Virus record (IMG/VR): IMGVR_UViG_3300032332_001507
Coordinates: 30,178 to 94,177 of that record
DNA: 64,000 nt
Source: a virus
Taxonomy: Duplodnaviria > Caudoviricetes
Reading direction: 5' to 3' (one strand)
Part shown: one piece after another, positions 19,627 through 29,541 of the stretch
Layout of the letters: each line of letters starts with the position of its first letter
Numbering within the stretch: the first letter of the stretch is position 1
Position numbers and translations under genes: made by a program
Notes under the pieces: model-generated
What the model saw: only the letters and a program-made list of their open reading frames with translations
What the model was told of the DNA's origin: nothing
Databases searched by the model: none

Positions 19627-19977
19627 ATGATTGAAAAATTGAAATTACACAACGAAACAGAGTTATGGCTTGAACCAGACGTTGCAACTCAAACTGTAGA
19701 TGTTTTTCTATATGATATATATAATGAAACTAAAACACGTTTAGTAACGTGGCAAGGCAATAAAGGTATCCCAGGTGGTGCTTGGACCAGTAATCATTTT
19801 GGTCATAAAAATACATTTTTTAACATTGTAAAAGAGTATAAAAATAAATTTACTCGTAGTTTTAACAAATGTAAAGAATTTAATAACACTAATGGTGAGA
19901 CTAAGGATGGACTATTATTACAATGGAATTGCTTGAAACGTAGAGTGAATATCAAAATTCATAAATTAACACGATGA
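19627..19977 (+). CDS. Hypothetical protein
   Basis: ORF after promoter. Confidence 0.55.
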   Translation: MIEKLKLHNETELWLEPDVATQTVDVFLYDIYNETKTRLVTWQGNKGIPGGAWTSNHFGHKNTFFNIVKEYKNKFTRSFNKCKEFNNTNGETKDGLLLQWNCLKRRVNIKIHKLTR

Positions 19978-20210
19978 AAAAATTAATATTATTATTAAGT
20001 TTATGTTCATTTACTTTAGCACAACCAAATGAACCTAGAACAGCTAAAGCAGTAGCAATGGTTCAAGTAGCACCTGATCAAGACCCATATGTTAAAGTAT
20101 ACTTTGCTTGGATTGATAGTTTAACAGATCCAAATGAACATTTAGATACATCAATAACATATCATCAAGATTCACTTCCTAAAATAGGAGATATAATTCA
20201 AATAAAATGA
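19974..20210 (+). CDS. Small secreted protein
   Basis: Signal peptide MKKLILLLSLCSFTLA. Confidence 0.55.
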   Translation: MKKLILLLSLCSFTLAQPNEPRTAKAVAMVQVAPDQDPYVKVYFAWIDSLTDPNEHLDTSITYHQDSLPKIGDIIQIK

Positions 20211-20587
20211 AAACATTAATATTATTAAGAGGATTACCTGGAGCAGGTAAGTCAACATTCGCTAAGACGTTGGGAGGTATCCATATCGAAGCTGACCATT
20301 ATTTTATGAAGGATGGTGAATATAAGTTTGATGCTTCTAAACTAAAACAAGCACATGAACACTGTAGAACCAGTACTGAAGGCTGGATGATGGAAGGATA
20401 TAATATAGTAGTATCCAACACATTTACTCAGGAATGGGAAATGGATGCTTATTATGAGTTGGCTAAAAAGTACGGATATCGAGTATATTCGATTATTGTA
20501 GAGAATAGACACGGTGGAGTGAATGAGCATGGTGTACCTGCAGATAAGTTAGAACAAATGAAAAATAGATTTGAAATAAAGTTGTAA
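20207..20587 (+). CDS. P-loop polynucleotide-kinase-like protein (AAA_33)
   Basis: RGLPGAGKST, EADHYF, VSNTF, HGVP. Confidence 0.85.
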   Translation: MKTLILLRGLPGAGKSTFAKTLGGIHIEADHYFMKDGEYKFDASKLKQAHEHCRTSTEGWMMEGYNIVVSNTFTQEWEMDAYYELAKKYGYRVYSIIVENRHGGVNEHGVPADKLEQMKNRFEIKL

Positions 20588-20588
20588 T

Positions 20589-21734
20589 ATGGAAAATAAT
20601 AACTCAGTGTGCTACGTAGCACGTATAAACGAAATTAAAGAAATACTAGGAGCAGATAATATCGAACAAGCTGTTGTCGGAGGATGGAATTGTATTATCC
20701 AAAAAGGACAATACGCTGAAGGAGGACTAGTTGTAATAGCAACTACAGATGCAGTCATACCACAAGACCTGTCAGATGCCATGAATGTGACTAATTACTT
20801 ACGTAAAGGCCAGCGTGTACGTACTGTTAAGTTGAGAGGAGTGTATTCTGAGTGTTTGATTATTCCACTCAACATAGCATCAAAGGTGACTGGGTATGCT
20901 AATACAAAATGGGATGAAGGAGAGGACATGATGGACGTGTTGAAGATCTTTAAATATGAACCACCTGCAGTACAAATACAATTATCTTCAGGTCGTAAGA
21001 TTAGATATCATCAAAATCCAAACTTCACAGTGTACCACAAGTTTCCTAACTTGAAGAACGTAGCTGGATTGTTTACTGAGGAAGACAACGTACAGATCAC
21101 TCGTAAGTTACATGGAACCAATGCTCGCTATGGTATTGTTAAGAAGTCAAAGCTGTCCTTATGGGATAAGGTTAGGAAGTTCTTTACTGGTGATCCATGG
21201 ATTGAATATGAGTACGTATATGGATCGCATAACGTAGAGAAAGGTTCAGACTCACAAGGTTTCTACTCAACAGACGTTTGGAGAGAAGTAGCTGATAAGT
21301 ATGATCTTAAAGAGAAGATGTGGCATTTGGCTAAGGTAGTGCACTCGATTGAGTACATAGGATCCGGTATCGTACTATATGGTGAGATATACGGTCCTGG
21401 TATCCAAAAGAACTACGACTACGGAATGAAGGAGTTGGAGTTTGCTGGATTTGATATTACCCTTGATGGTGAATACCAAAACGTATTCAGAACAAGGCAC
21501 CTTATTGAAAGCGCAACATTGCTATTACGTCATGTACCTGAGTTGTATGTTGGTCTATGGTCTCAAGAGATCCAAGACAAGTTTACATTCTACAACTTCA
21601 TTGAAGGAACCAAAGTACCACATGAAGGTATTGTAATCAAACACGTAAGTGGAAAGAGGGAGAAGGTAGCTAAAGTAATTAACCCGGATTATCTTATCTA
21701 CGGAGAGAAACATGATGTAGGGGATTCACACTAA
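20589..21734 (+). CDS. RNA ligase, DRB0094/Rnl5-like
   Basis: GADNIE N-terminal domain, KLRGVYSE, motif I KLHGTN, YGE, EGIV, AKVIN. Confidence 0.85.
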   Translation: MENNNSVCYVARINEIKEILGADNIEQAVVGGWNCIIQKGQYAEGGLVVIATTDAVIPQDLSDAMNVTNYLRKGQRVRTVKLRGVYSECLIIPLNIASKVTGYANTKWDEGEDMMDVLKIFKYEPPAVQIQLSSGRKIRYHQNPNFTVYHKFPNLKNVAGLFTEEDNVQITRKLHGTNARYGIVKKSKLSLWDKVRKFFTGDPWIEYEYVYGSHNVEKGSDSQGFYSTDVWREVADKYDLKEKMWHLAKVVHSIEYIGSGIVLYGEIYGPGIQKNYDYGMKELEFAGFDITLDGEYQNVFRTRHLIESATLLLRHVPELYVGLWSQEIQDKFTFYNFIEGTKVPHEGIVIKHVSGKREKVAKVINPDYLIYGEKHDVGDSH

Positions 21735-21745
21735 TATTTATTAGT

Positions 21746-22996
21746 ATGAAATTAGACAAACTAAAGCAACTAATAAAAGAGGAAATTGATAATACTTTCC
21801 TAAATGAAAAAGTAGGTGTTCCTGATAATATCACTACTGTAGCATCTCAGGTATTTCAAGGATATATGGATTTTCTCCAATCATATCCTGATGATATGGA
21901 TATTACCGATATAAATGGTGGTCCAACAATCGATAACTCAGGTAAAGGATTTGATATAGCAGATTTACATTTAAATAGCATTTACATTGGTACAGAACTT
22001 ATACCTCATAGTGAATTAGCATTTGGTGGGATGGCTGTTCCTAGTGTTCAAAAATTTGCTCCTAATTCTAATTTAAGAATGCTTCCTCCTAAAGACTTAA
22101 GCCAATTTGAAGATGTAAGCATTAGATTAATTATAGCTACTCCTCCTGTAGTTCCAATTGAAGAATTAATGCTTTTCTTATTATCCGAAAAACCAGAAAT
22201 TGTTAGCTCATTCGCTCATGAGTTAAAACATTGGTATGATGGATATAAAAATATAGGAGGTTCTAAAGCAAAAGATCGAGCCCAATACCATATGTCTACC
22301 CGTGCTAGTTTTGGAGAAATAACCCCAATAAATGATTTCTTCTTTGCTTTATACTTTATTTCAGGAATAGAATCATTAGTAAGACCATCTGAGTTAGCAA
22401 GTGAGATGGAAATTAAAGGAGTAACTAGAAAAGAATTTTACGATTTTTTAACTCAAAGTAAAGTATTTACTAAATTAAAAAGTATTAGAGATTGGACATA
22501 TGATGGATTTAGAGCTGAGCTTAAAAACTATATTCCTCAAATCAAAAGTATATTAAGATTTGCAAGTGTGCCTATAAGAGGAAAAAATGAAGATCAACTT
22601 ATAGATGACATTCTTACATTAGTATTAGTAAATGCTGTTAACTGGCACTCTAGTGAGTTAGCTCAAATAGTCTCTAATCCTCAAAGTCTCAGAGACATGT
22701 TAGATTCACTGCTTGGGAAGCCTACTGTGTCAGATGAAGATACAAAGGCATTTAATAAACAAATAGATAATATTCAAAGATTTGGGAAGGATTATGAAAA
22801 ATATTTTAAGTATAATGAAAAACTATTTCGTATGTTAGCTGATGATACTATAAAGAGAATATCTAAAACATATTCTTTAATTCCAAGTGATGAAGAATTA
22901 ACTGAGGTTAAAATAGCTAATCGTGAAGCATGGTATAAAGCGTATGGGTACAAGGGAAAGTTAGACACCAAGCTGAAACGCCCTAAATTAAAATAA
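21746..22996 (+). CDS. Late protein with LKQLIKEEI N-terminus and HEXXH zincin-like motif
   Basis: ATATTTAT at 21734; FAHELKHW. Confidence 0.55.
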   Translation: MKLDKLKQLIKEEIDNTFLNEKVGVPDNITTVASQVFQGYMDFLQSYPDDMDITDINGGPTIDNSGKGFDIADLHLNSIYIGTELIPHSELAFGGMAVPSVQKFAPNSNLRMLPPKDLSQFEDVSIRLIIATPPVVPIEELMLFLLSEKPEIVSSFAHELKHWYDGYKNIGGSKAKDRAQYHMSTRASFGEITPINDFFFALYFISGIESLVRPSELASEMEIKGVTRKEFYDFLTQSKVFTKLKSIRDWTYDGFRAELKNYIPQIKSILRFASVPIRGKNEDQLIDDILTLVLVNAVNWHSSELAQIVSNPQSLRDMLDSLLGKPTVSDEDTKAFNKQIDNIQRFGKDYEKYFKYNEKLFRMLADDTIKRISKTYSLIPSDEELTEVKIANREAWYKAYGYKGKLDTKLKRPKLK

Positions 22997-23003
22997 TTAA
23001 ACA

Positions 23004-23039
23004 AAGGCTTGGGAAACCAAGCCTTCTTTCATATGTTTA
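23004..23039 (+). terminator. Terminator hairpin overlapping early promoter
   Basis: AAGGCTTGG-GAAA-CCAAGCCTT-CTTT; TTGG-N17-CATATGTTTA. Confidence 0.7.
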
Positions 23040-23045
23040 CAGTAT

Positions 23046-23705
23046 ATGAAGATAGAATTAAATAAAGGTCAAAGGTTATGGTTTACAAGTGACACTCACT
23101 ACAACCACGCTAACATATGTAAAGCAACTACTAATTGGACTGGAGCTGATAATTTAACTCGTGACTTTAGTTCATTAGATAGAATGAATGATGAGTTAGT
23201 GTATTGGATAAATGGCTATGTTGGACAAGATGATATTTTGATTCACTTAGGTGACTGGTCATTTGGTGGATTTGAGAGTATTAAAGCATTTAGAGATAGA
23301 ATTGTATGTAAGAATGTACATTTGGTTTTAGGTAACCACGACCATCATATCCAACGAAACAAGGACAATGTGCAAAGCTTATTCAGCTCAGTACATGAGT
23401 ATTTATACTTGGAAGTTAAACGCCCCGGTAGGTCTAAGAAAGAGGCTATAGATCGATTTACTTTTGTTTGTATGCACTATCCAATTGCTAGTTGGATCAA
23501 TATGAACAATGGAGTCATTCACTTACATGGACACGTTCACTTACCTATTCACCTTAGGGTAGCCGATGGTAAAGCAATGGATGTAGGAGTGGATGGAAAT
23601 TGTATGGCACCTATTAGTATGGAAGACGTATTAAAAATAATGGACAAACAACCAATTGCTAAATTAACATTACCAAAAGATCATCACGAAAAAAGATTAA
23701 TATGA
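23046..23705 (+). CDS. Calcineurin-like metallophosphoesterase
   Basis: SDTHYNH, HLGD, GNHD, HYP, HGHVH, DVGVD. Confidence 0.9.
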   Translation: MKIELNKGQRLWFTSDTHYNHANICKATTNWTGADNLTRDFSSLDRMNDELVYWINGYVGQDDILIHLGDWSFGGFESIKAFRDRIVCKNVHLVLGNHDHHIQRNKDNVQSLFSSVHEYLYLEVKRPGRSKKEAIDRFTFVCMHYPIASWINMNNGVIHLHGHVHLPIHLRVADGKAMDVGVDGNCMAPISMEDVLKIMDKQPIAKLTLPKDHHEKRLI

Positions 23706-24421
23706 GAACAATATTTTTAGGCGACACACATGGTCGCGCAACATGGAAAGACATTATTACTAAAGAAAACCCAGACCGAGTTGTCTTTATAGGAGATTAT
23801 TTTGATAGCTTTGATATTGGACCAGCTGAACAGATGTTCAACTTTAAAGAGATCATTGAGTTTAAAAAGCAAGCTAAGGATATAGAAGTTATCTTATTAG
23901 TTGGTAATCACGATTTTCATTATTACCCCGGTGGTGAAACATACTCAGGTTACAAAGCTGGGTCAGCACCTGCTATTAGACAACTATTAGAGGAAAATAA
24001 AGATCATTTACAAATGTGTTATCAATTAGATAATATCCTATGTTCACATGCTGGTATAGGTCATAATTGGTTAGTTGAACAAGAAAAATATGATCGAGAA
24101 ACAGATCCAGGTACAATAGCTGATTATGTAAATGCTATTTGGAATCACCAACCTAATCACTTTATGTTTTATGGTTGGGATCCATATGGTGATTCAAAAA
24201 CACAAACACCAATTTGGATTCGTCCTATGAGTTTAATGGCAGGTAATAAAGAAACATTCCTTAAAAAGGATTATATTCAAATTGTAGGCCATACTGGAGT
24301 TAAAATGATTGATATTAAAGGTAAAGCAACTGGTGGTAGATATTATCTTATCGATGCTATTGATCAACAACAGTATTTAATTTATGAGGGTGGAAAATTT
24401 GAACTAGGGCAATTACATTAA
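23702..24421 (+). CDS. Calcineurin-like metallophosphoesterase
   Basis: GDTHG, GDYFD, GNHD, HAG, VGHT. Confidence 0.9.
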   Translation: MRTIFLGDTHGRATWKDIITKENPDRVVFIGDYFDSFDIGPAEQMFNFKEIIEFKKQAKDIEVILLVGNHDFHYYPGGETYSGYKAGSAPAIRQLLEENKDHLQMCYQLDNILCSHAGIGHNWLVEQEKYDRETDPGTIADYVNAIWNHQPNHFMFYGWDPYGDSKTQTPIWIRPMSLMAGNKETFLKKDYIQIVGHTGVKMIDIKGKATGGRYYLIDAIDQQQYLIYEGGKFELGQLH

Positions 24422-24442
24422 TATTTATAACAAAACAAATAT

Positions 24443-24667
24443 ATGATTAATTTATTTTTAATATTATTTTTATTAGGATTAGGATTAGCATTTTGGATTT
24501 TACTTAAACGTGATTCAAAAATTGAGACACCAACAATAACAGTTGAAGACACTCCAAAAACAGAAATCTATTATGAGAGAATGAATCGTAAATTAGATGA
24601 AGTAGAATTAGTGGCTAAAATGTCTCCAGCTAAAAAACCAAGAAAACCTAAGCAGAATAAAAAATAA
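24443..24667 (+). CDS. Small membrane protein
   Basis: N-terminal TM, basic tail; ATATTTAT at 24421. Confidence 0.55.
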   Translation: MINLFLILFLLGLGLAFWILLKRDSKIETPTITVEDTPKTEIYYERMNRKLDEVELVAKMSPAKKPRKPKQNKK

Positions 24668-25704
24668 TGATTTCGAATCATCCAGGTCCTTGGCAGCAAT
24701 ATCATTTTCGTTCTGATAATAAAGGTTTGTCAATTATGGAATTGAAATCAAAATACCTTCATGAACAATATTTGTTTGAAGCTGAGTTATTTAATTTACA
24801 ACAACAACATCAACAAAATGTGTTTATGAATGGAGGTGGGGGTGGACCTACATCTTCCTCTTCTACACCTACTTACACAACAGCATTACAATTATCATTT
24901 AATAACGATTTACAAACTATAGAAAGTGATTTTGGATTTGATCCTAGGAATGTATCTAATTGGAATAGTAGATTTGTAAATGGAGGATTTGAAACATTAA
25001 CTATTGATACAACAAATACATATGCTCCTATCATTACCCTTAAAGGGAATGATACTAATATAGAAATTGATGCAGATGCATTTCAAGCAAAAACAACTCT
25101 ACTTTCACTTATAGATTTATATGATAATTGTATCAATGAAATAGGACCTAATTGTTTTGAAAATAACAGTATTATACAAAATGTTACATTAAATAATGTT
25201 ACAATTGTAGGAGTGACCACATTTGCAGGATGTGGTAGTTTAACATCAGTACGTTTTGATTCATTAACAACTATACCTAATGCGGGTGATTTTAATAGTG
25301 GTGTATTTGCTAATTGTGATTTAAGTGGAGATAATCTAGGAACAATGTTTCCAGCTTTAGTAACAATTGGAAATTTTGCTTTTTATAGAACTAATATTCC
25401 TACAATTAGTTCATCTACTATCACTACTATTGGTTTTAGAGCATTTGATAATTCAACATCATTAACATCAATTAATTTAACAAATTCTGTAACATTTGGG
25501 AATGCTAATGGTGGTAGATCATTTGCTTCTTGTAGTGGATTGAATAGTATAACATTACCTAGTATATGTACATTCTTTGGTAATAATAATAATACTTTTA
25601 TTGATGTTGCAAATGGAGGAACGGCAGTTGTTAATAATGCAAATATAAATAATGCTAGTATACTTTATATAAAGAATACTTTAGGTTGGTCTGTTAATCC
25701 TTAA
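24667..25704 (+). CDS. BspA-type leucine-rich-repeat protein
   Basis: Repeats IGPNCF, VGVTTFAGCGSLTSV, IGNFAF, IGFRAF..TSLTSINL. Confidence 0.75.
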   Translation: MISNHPGPWQQYHFRSDNKGLSIMELKSKYLHEQYLFEAELFNLQQQHQQNVFMNGGGGGPTSSSSTPTYTTALQLSFNNDLQTIESDFGFDPRNVSNWNSRFVNGGFETLTIDTTNTYAPIITLKGNDTNIEIDADAFQAKTTLLSLIDLYDNCINEIGPNCFENNSIIQNVTLNNVTIVGVTTFAGCGSLTSVRFDSLTTIPNAGDFNSGVFANCDLSGDNLGTMFPALVTIGNFAFYRTNIPTISSSTITTIGFRAFDNSTSLTSINLTNSVTFGNANGGRSFASCSGLNSITLPSICTFFGNNNNTFIDVANGGTAVVNNANINNASILYIKNTLGWSVNP

Positions 25705-25724
25705 TCTCATAAAAAATATAATTA

Positions 25725-25760
25725 AAAGTTGGGCTCTCGAGCCCTTCTTTCGTATATTTA
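25725..25760 (+). terminator. Terminator hairpin embedded in early promoter
   Basis: AAAG-TT-GGGCT-CTCG-AGCCC-TT-CTTT-CGTATATTTA. Confidence 0.7.
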
Positions 25761-25764
25761 AAGC

Positions 25765-26865
25765 ATGAAATTAAACACATTATTCAAACGCGCTGTAAAC
25801 GGCAAAGTAAATGAATGGACCGTTGAAGTAGAAAACAATTGTTTTAGAACAATATCTGGTTATACAGATGGAGTTAAAACAACTTCTGAATGGACCTGCT
25901 GCTCAGGTAAAAATGTAGGTAAGAAAAACGAAACCACACCTGAACAACAAGCATTAGCTGAAGCCCAAGCGATGTGGACTAAGAAAGTGGAATTAGGTAG
26001 TTATGAATCAATAGATGATATTGACACACCTAAGTTCTTCAATCCAATGTTAGCTCATAAATTTGAAGACTATAAAGATAAAATCGAGTACCCAGTTTAC
26101 AGCCAACCTAAACTAGATGGTATCAGATGTATTGTTAGAGCAGATGGTATGTGGAGTCGAAATGGTAAGAAAATCATCTCAGCACCTCACATTTATAAAG
26201 CATTAAAACCATTATTTGAAACCAACCCAGATTTGATTTTTGATGGTGAGTTGTATGCTGATAAGTTCGCAAATGACTTCAATGCTATTTGTTCATTGGT
26301 TAAGAAAACCAAACCAACAAGTGATGATTTAGATAAAAGTAAAGAATCAATTCAATATCACATTTATGATTTACCTAGTCATGATGATGTGTTTAGTGAG
26401 CGATATAGTACTTTAAATAAAATGTCTTTACCTGAGTGTTGTGTATTGGTAAGAACAAGTCATGTCCACGATGCTGAGTGGGTTGATAAGTGGTATGCTG
26501 ACTATGTTAGTGAGGGATATGAGGGTTTGATGGTTCGTTTAAATAAAAAATATGAATCAAAACGCTCTAAGTCATTGCTCAAATACAAATCATTCATTGA
26601 TGAAGAGTACACTATTTTAGATGTAGTTGAGGGTGAGGGTAATAAAACAGGAATGGTAGGCTCGTTTGTATTTGAAAATAAAGATGGAAAACGATTTAAT
26701 GCCTCACCTAAATTCAATTGGGAGGAGTGTACTGCGATGTGGATTGACAGAGTTAATTTGATTGGTAAATCAGCAACAGTTAAGTACTTTAACCTAACAC
26801 CAGGCGATTCACCAGTACCTAGATTTCCATATGTAATCAAAATAGATCGAGAGTCTTACGAGTAA
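25765..26865 (+). CDS. lig: ATP-dependent DNA ligase
   Basis: PMLA, QPKLDGIR, DGELY, YEGLM, LLKYK. Confidence 0.93.
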   Translation: MKLNTLFKRAVNGKVNEWTVEVENNCFRTISGYTDGVKTTSEWTCCSGKNVGKKNETTPEQQALAEAQAMWTKKVELGSYESIDDIDTPKFFNPMLAHKFEDYKDKIEYPVYSQPKLDGIRCIVRADGMWSRNGKKIISAPHIYKALKPLFETNPDLIFDGELYADKFANDFNAICSLVKKTKPTSDDLDKSKESIQYHIYDLPSHDDVFSERYSTLNKMSLPECCVLVRTSHVHDAEWVDKWYADYVSEGYEGLMVRLNKKYESKRSKSLLKYKSFIDEEYTILDVVEGEGNKTGMVGSFVFENKDGKRFNASPKFNWEECTAMWIDRVNLIGKSATVKYFNLTPGDSPVPRFPYVIKIDRESYE

Positions 26866-26867
26866 GC

Positions 26868-26898
26868 GTGCTTCCTGGGAAGTACGTTCGTATATTTA
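26868..26898 (+). promoter_or_regulatory. Early-type promoter
   Basis: GTGC-N17-CGTATATTTA. Confidence 0.7.
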
Positions 26899-26927
26899 CA
26901 ACATAATAATAATAAAAAATAAAGATT

Positions 26928-27734
26928 ATGCCACTAGATTTAAGCAACACAACATTTCTCGGTAGAGCTGAGATTAAAGAAAGAGCAAGTTCAGTTTACA
27001 CAACTACAGGTGCTCCAGACACAAGTGAAAAGTATTCACATATTCCAACAGACCGAATTATCCAGGACATGGAAGCGTTAGGTTGGGGTGTAGTTGATGC
27101 TAAACAGGTACGCGCTCGCAAAGGTGAGGGTTTCCAAAAACACTTAGTAGTGTTCCGTAACAATGATTTGTTCATTGAGGGTGAAGATGGTGATGATGTG
27201 TTCCCACAAATCTTATTAACAAACAGTCACGATGGTAAGAATTCATTTACATTTACAGCTGGTTTGTTTAGAATGGTTTGTGAGAATGGGTTAGTGATTT
27301 CAACTCAAGAGTTTGAAAACATGAAAATCCGTCACTTTGGTTACGATTTTGGAAAATTACAACAGGTAATCACAGGTATGGTTGAAGCATTGCCGTTAAC
27401 TGTTGCCTCAATGAATCGTTTCAAACAAACTCAATTAGGTCAGGAACAAATGCTTGATTTTGCTCAGAAAGCATTAGAGGTTCGTTTTGGAGCTGAGCAG
27501 ACTCAAAACATTACAATTGATTTGAGAGAGTTGATTACACCAACACGTGATGAAGATAGAGGTAGTGATTTGTGGAGTGTATTCAATGTAGTTCAAGAGA
27601 AATTGATGCATGGGATGTTCAATTATCAAACTGGAACTAAAATGAGAAAAGCTCGTAAAATCAAGAACTTTAAGCAAGATATCGAGTTGAATGCTAAGTT
27701 GTTTGAGTTGGCTAATGAGTATGCAGTAAATTAA
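26928..27734 (+). CDS. DUF932/DUF945-family protein
   Basis: LTNSHDG, GLFRMVCENGL, DLWSVFNVVQE. Confidence 0.85.
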   Translation: MPLDLSNTTFLGRAEIKERASSVYTTTGAPDTSEKYSHIPTDRIIQDMEALGWGVVDAKQVRARKGEGFQKHLVVFRNNDLFIEGEDGDDVFPQILLTNSHDGKNSFTFTAGLFRMVCENGLVISTQEFENMKIRHFGYDFGKLQQVITGMVEALPLTVASMNRFKQTQLGQEQMLDFAQKALEVRFGAEQTQNITIDLRELITPTRDEDRGSDLWSVFNVVQEKLMHGMFNYQTGTKMRKARKIKNFKQDIELNAKLFELANEYAVN

Positions 27735-27760
27735 CACGCCACCCAGATAAATAGAGGATT

Positions 27761-27785
27761 GAGCCGACGTTAGTCGGCTCTTTCT
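27761..27785 (+). terminator. Intrinsic terminator
   Basis: GAGCCGAC-GTTA-GTCGGCTC-TTTCT. Confidence 0.7.
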
Positions 27786-27818
27786 ATATTTATAACAAAC
27801 CAATTAAAACACACAATT

Positions 27819-28076
27819 ATGATGAATTTCAAACAATGGGTTATTGATTTATTTAAGGACGAGCGTGGTTCAATATCAGTTAAGCCAGTTATCGCTTTAT
27901 TAGGCGCCTTATTCTTAAGTGTTACTATGACTATCAACTCATTCTCTCACTCGGACTTTGCTCCGGCTGATAATTTAGTTGATGCTGTTTTAATTATTAC
28001 TGCAATTGGTATGGGTGCAGATACTTTAGATAAATTCTCTCATAAGAAGAAGTCTGAAGACACACCTGCTGAATAA
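27819..28076 (+). CDS. Two-TM membrane protein, holin-like
   Basis: Two TM segments, charged tail; ATATTTAT at 27786. Confidence 0.5.
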   Translation: MMNFKQWVIDLFKDERGSISVKPVIALLGALFLSVTMTINSFSHSDFAPADNLVDAVLIITAIGMGADTLDKFSHKKKSEDTPAE

Positions 28077-28101
28077 AAGTAATTTAGGGATTTATTAAAA
28101 G

Positions 28102-28146
28102 AGCCAAGCAAATGCTTGGCTTTTTGCTTCCTCGTTCGTATCTTTA
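28102..28146 (+). terminator. Terminator whose 3' arm supplies the -33 box of an early promoter
   Basis: AGCCAAGC-AAAT-GCTTGGCT-TTTT; TTGG-N17-CGTATCTTTA. Confidence 0.7.
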
Positions 28147-28150
28147 CGGT

Positions 28151-28393
28151 ATGATTGAAACAACACAACCTAAAAAACGCGGCCGTAAGCCAGCAATTAA
28201 ACTTGAAGTTGCACCTCAAATAGTTGAAATTGAAGGTGAAATTGAAGGTACAACAATTGAAAAATTGAAAATGTTAGGTAAACAACTCCAGTTTATGGAT
28301 ATAAAATTGAATGAAGAACCATATCGAATGGAGTTGAGAGTAAAACGAGGTGAAATGTTAAATCGAGTTTATCATTTAATAAGCGAATTATGA
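28151..28393 (+). CDS. Hypothetical protein with AT-hook-like KKRGRKP (start revised to ATG 28151)
   Basis: ATG 4 nt after promoter. Confidence 0.6.
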   Translation: MIETTQPKKRGRKPAIKLEVAPQIVEIEGEIEGTTIEKLKMLGKQLQFMDIKLNEEPYRMELRVKRGEMLNRVYHLISEL

Positions 28394-29355
28394 GTAAAAT
28401 AGATATATTAAAATACCAAAACCAACAATTGGATATGTCTTTGATTGATGTAATCGATTTGTTAATGCCTAAAAGTAAATATACTGAAATGGTAGTTAAT
28501 CTTACTAAATATAACCCAAAAAACGCTATGTCAAATGGAGAGTATGAGGATACCATCAAGTATATCAATAATATGTTTGGGACCCCATTAGATAAACTAA
28601 GACAGTTGTCTAACCATAAGGTATGGGTTATTCAAAACTTAATAGGTATGGTACCTTATAGTTTGAGAGAGAATAATAATTTAAGAAAATTCATTGAGTA
28701 TAATGAACGAGGTTTGATTGATAATAAAGATTTAACTTCATATAAACGTATAGAAGACATTGTAAGACAGATATCAATCGCTGAGGTTAGATTGTTAAAT
28801 AAGGAGTTAATCAAGCAAGTCCATAAAATGTATGAAGATGATGAATGGTTGGTATTACGTCCATTAACTAGGGAGTCATCTGTTAAGTATGGAGCAGGAA
28901 CTAAGTGGTGTACCGCTAGTACTAATGAGGAATATCAATTCTACAGATACACAAGACGAGGTATTTTAATTTACACTATCAATAAAAAAACAGGTCAAAA
29001 GGTAGCAGCGTTTAAAAATACGGATCCATATAATGAGCCTGAATTATCATTTTGGAATGAAATTGATACTCGAATTGATTCATATGAGGCGGAGTTGCCT
29101 GAGTTTATTATGAAGTTGATTTTCAATGAATTTAAAACAACATCCTCTAATTATGATATTACACCTGAGCAGTGGCAAGTAAAAGAAGAGTTAAGTAAAA
29201 GTATTAGTTTAGAAGAGCCAATGGATATGATAGTGGAAGAGCCCACAGTTACGACTTATACAGCGACATTAGAAGCTACTTTACAACAAGCAGTATTAGA
29301 TTATAATAGTTTTACAAACAGTCTTATAAACCCAGCACAAAATGAGCAACATTAA
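28390..29355 (+). CDS. Conserved-looking phage protein (YGxGTKWCT motif)
   Basis: WLVLRPLT...YGAGTKWCTAS. Confidence 0.6.
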   Translation: MSKIDILKYQNQQLDMSLIDVIDLLMPKSKYTEMVVNLTKYNPKNAMSNGEYEDTIKYINNMFGTPLDKLRQLSNHKVWVIQNLIGMVPYSLRENNNLRKFIEYNERGLIDNKDLTSYKRIEDIVRQISIAEVRLLNKELIKQVHKMYEDDEWLVLRPLTRESSVKYGAGTKWCTASTNEEYQFYRYTRRGILIYTINKKTGQKVAAFKNTDPYNEPELSFWNEIDTRIDSYEAELPEFIMKLIFNEFKTTSSNYDITPEQWQVKEELSKSISLEEPMDMIVEEPTVTTYTATLEATLQQAVLDYNSFTNSLINPAQNEQH

Positions 29356-29539
29356 ATTTTATACCAACAGACAAGTAGCCTTACAGATGGCTATTGAAGC
29401 AAGAAAAGCAAAATACCCAGGTGCATTACTTGAAGTAGCAGATGAGTTTTATGATTGGCTTCAAGACGCACCCATGAAAGATGAGGACAATCAATTTTGG
29501 TTAGACGGATCAACTAAAACAAAACCAAAAGATAAATAA
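29342..29539 (+). CDS. Hypothetical protein
   Basis: Tiled ORF. Confidence 0.5.
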   Translation: MSNIKFYTNRQVALQMAIEARKAKYPGALLEVADEFYDWLQDAPMKDEDNQFWLDGSTKTKPKDK

Positions 29540-29541
29540 CT

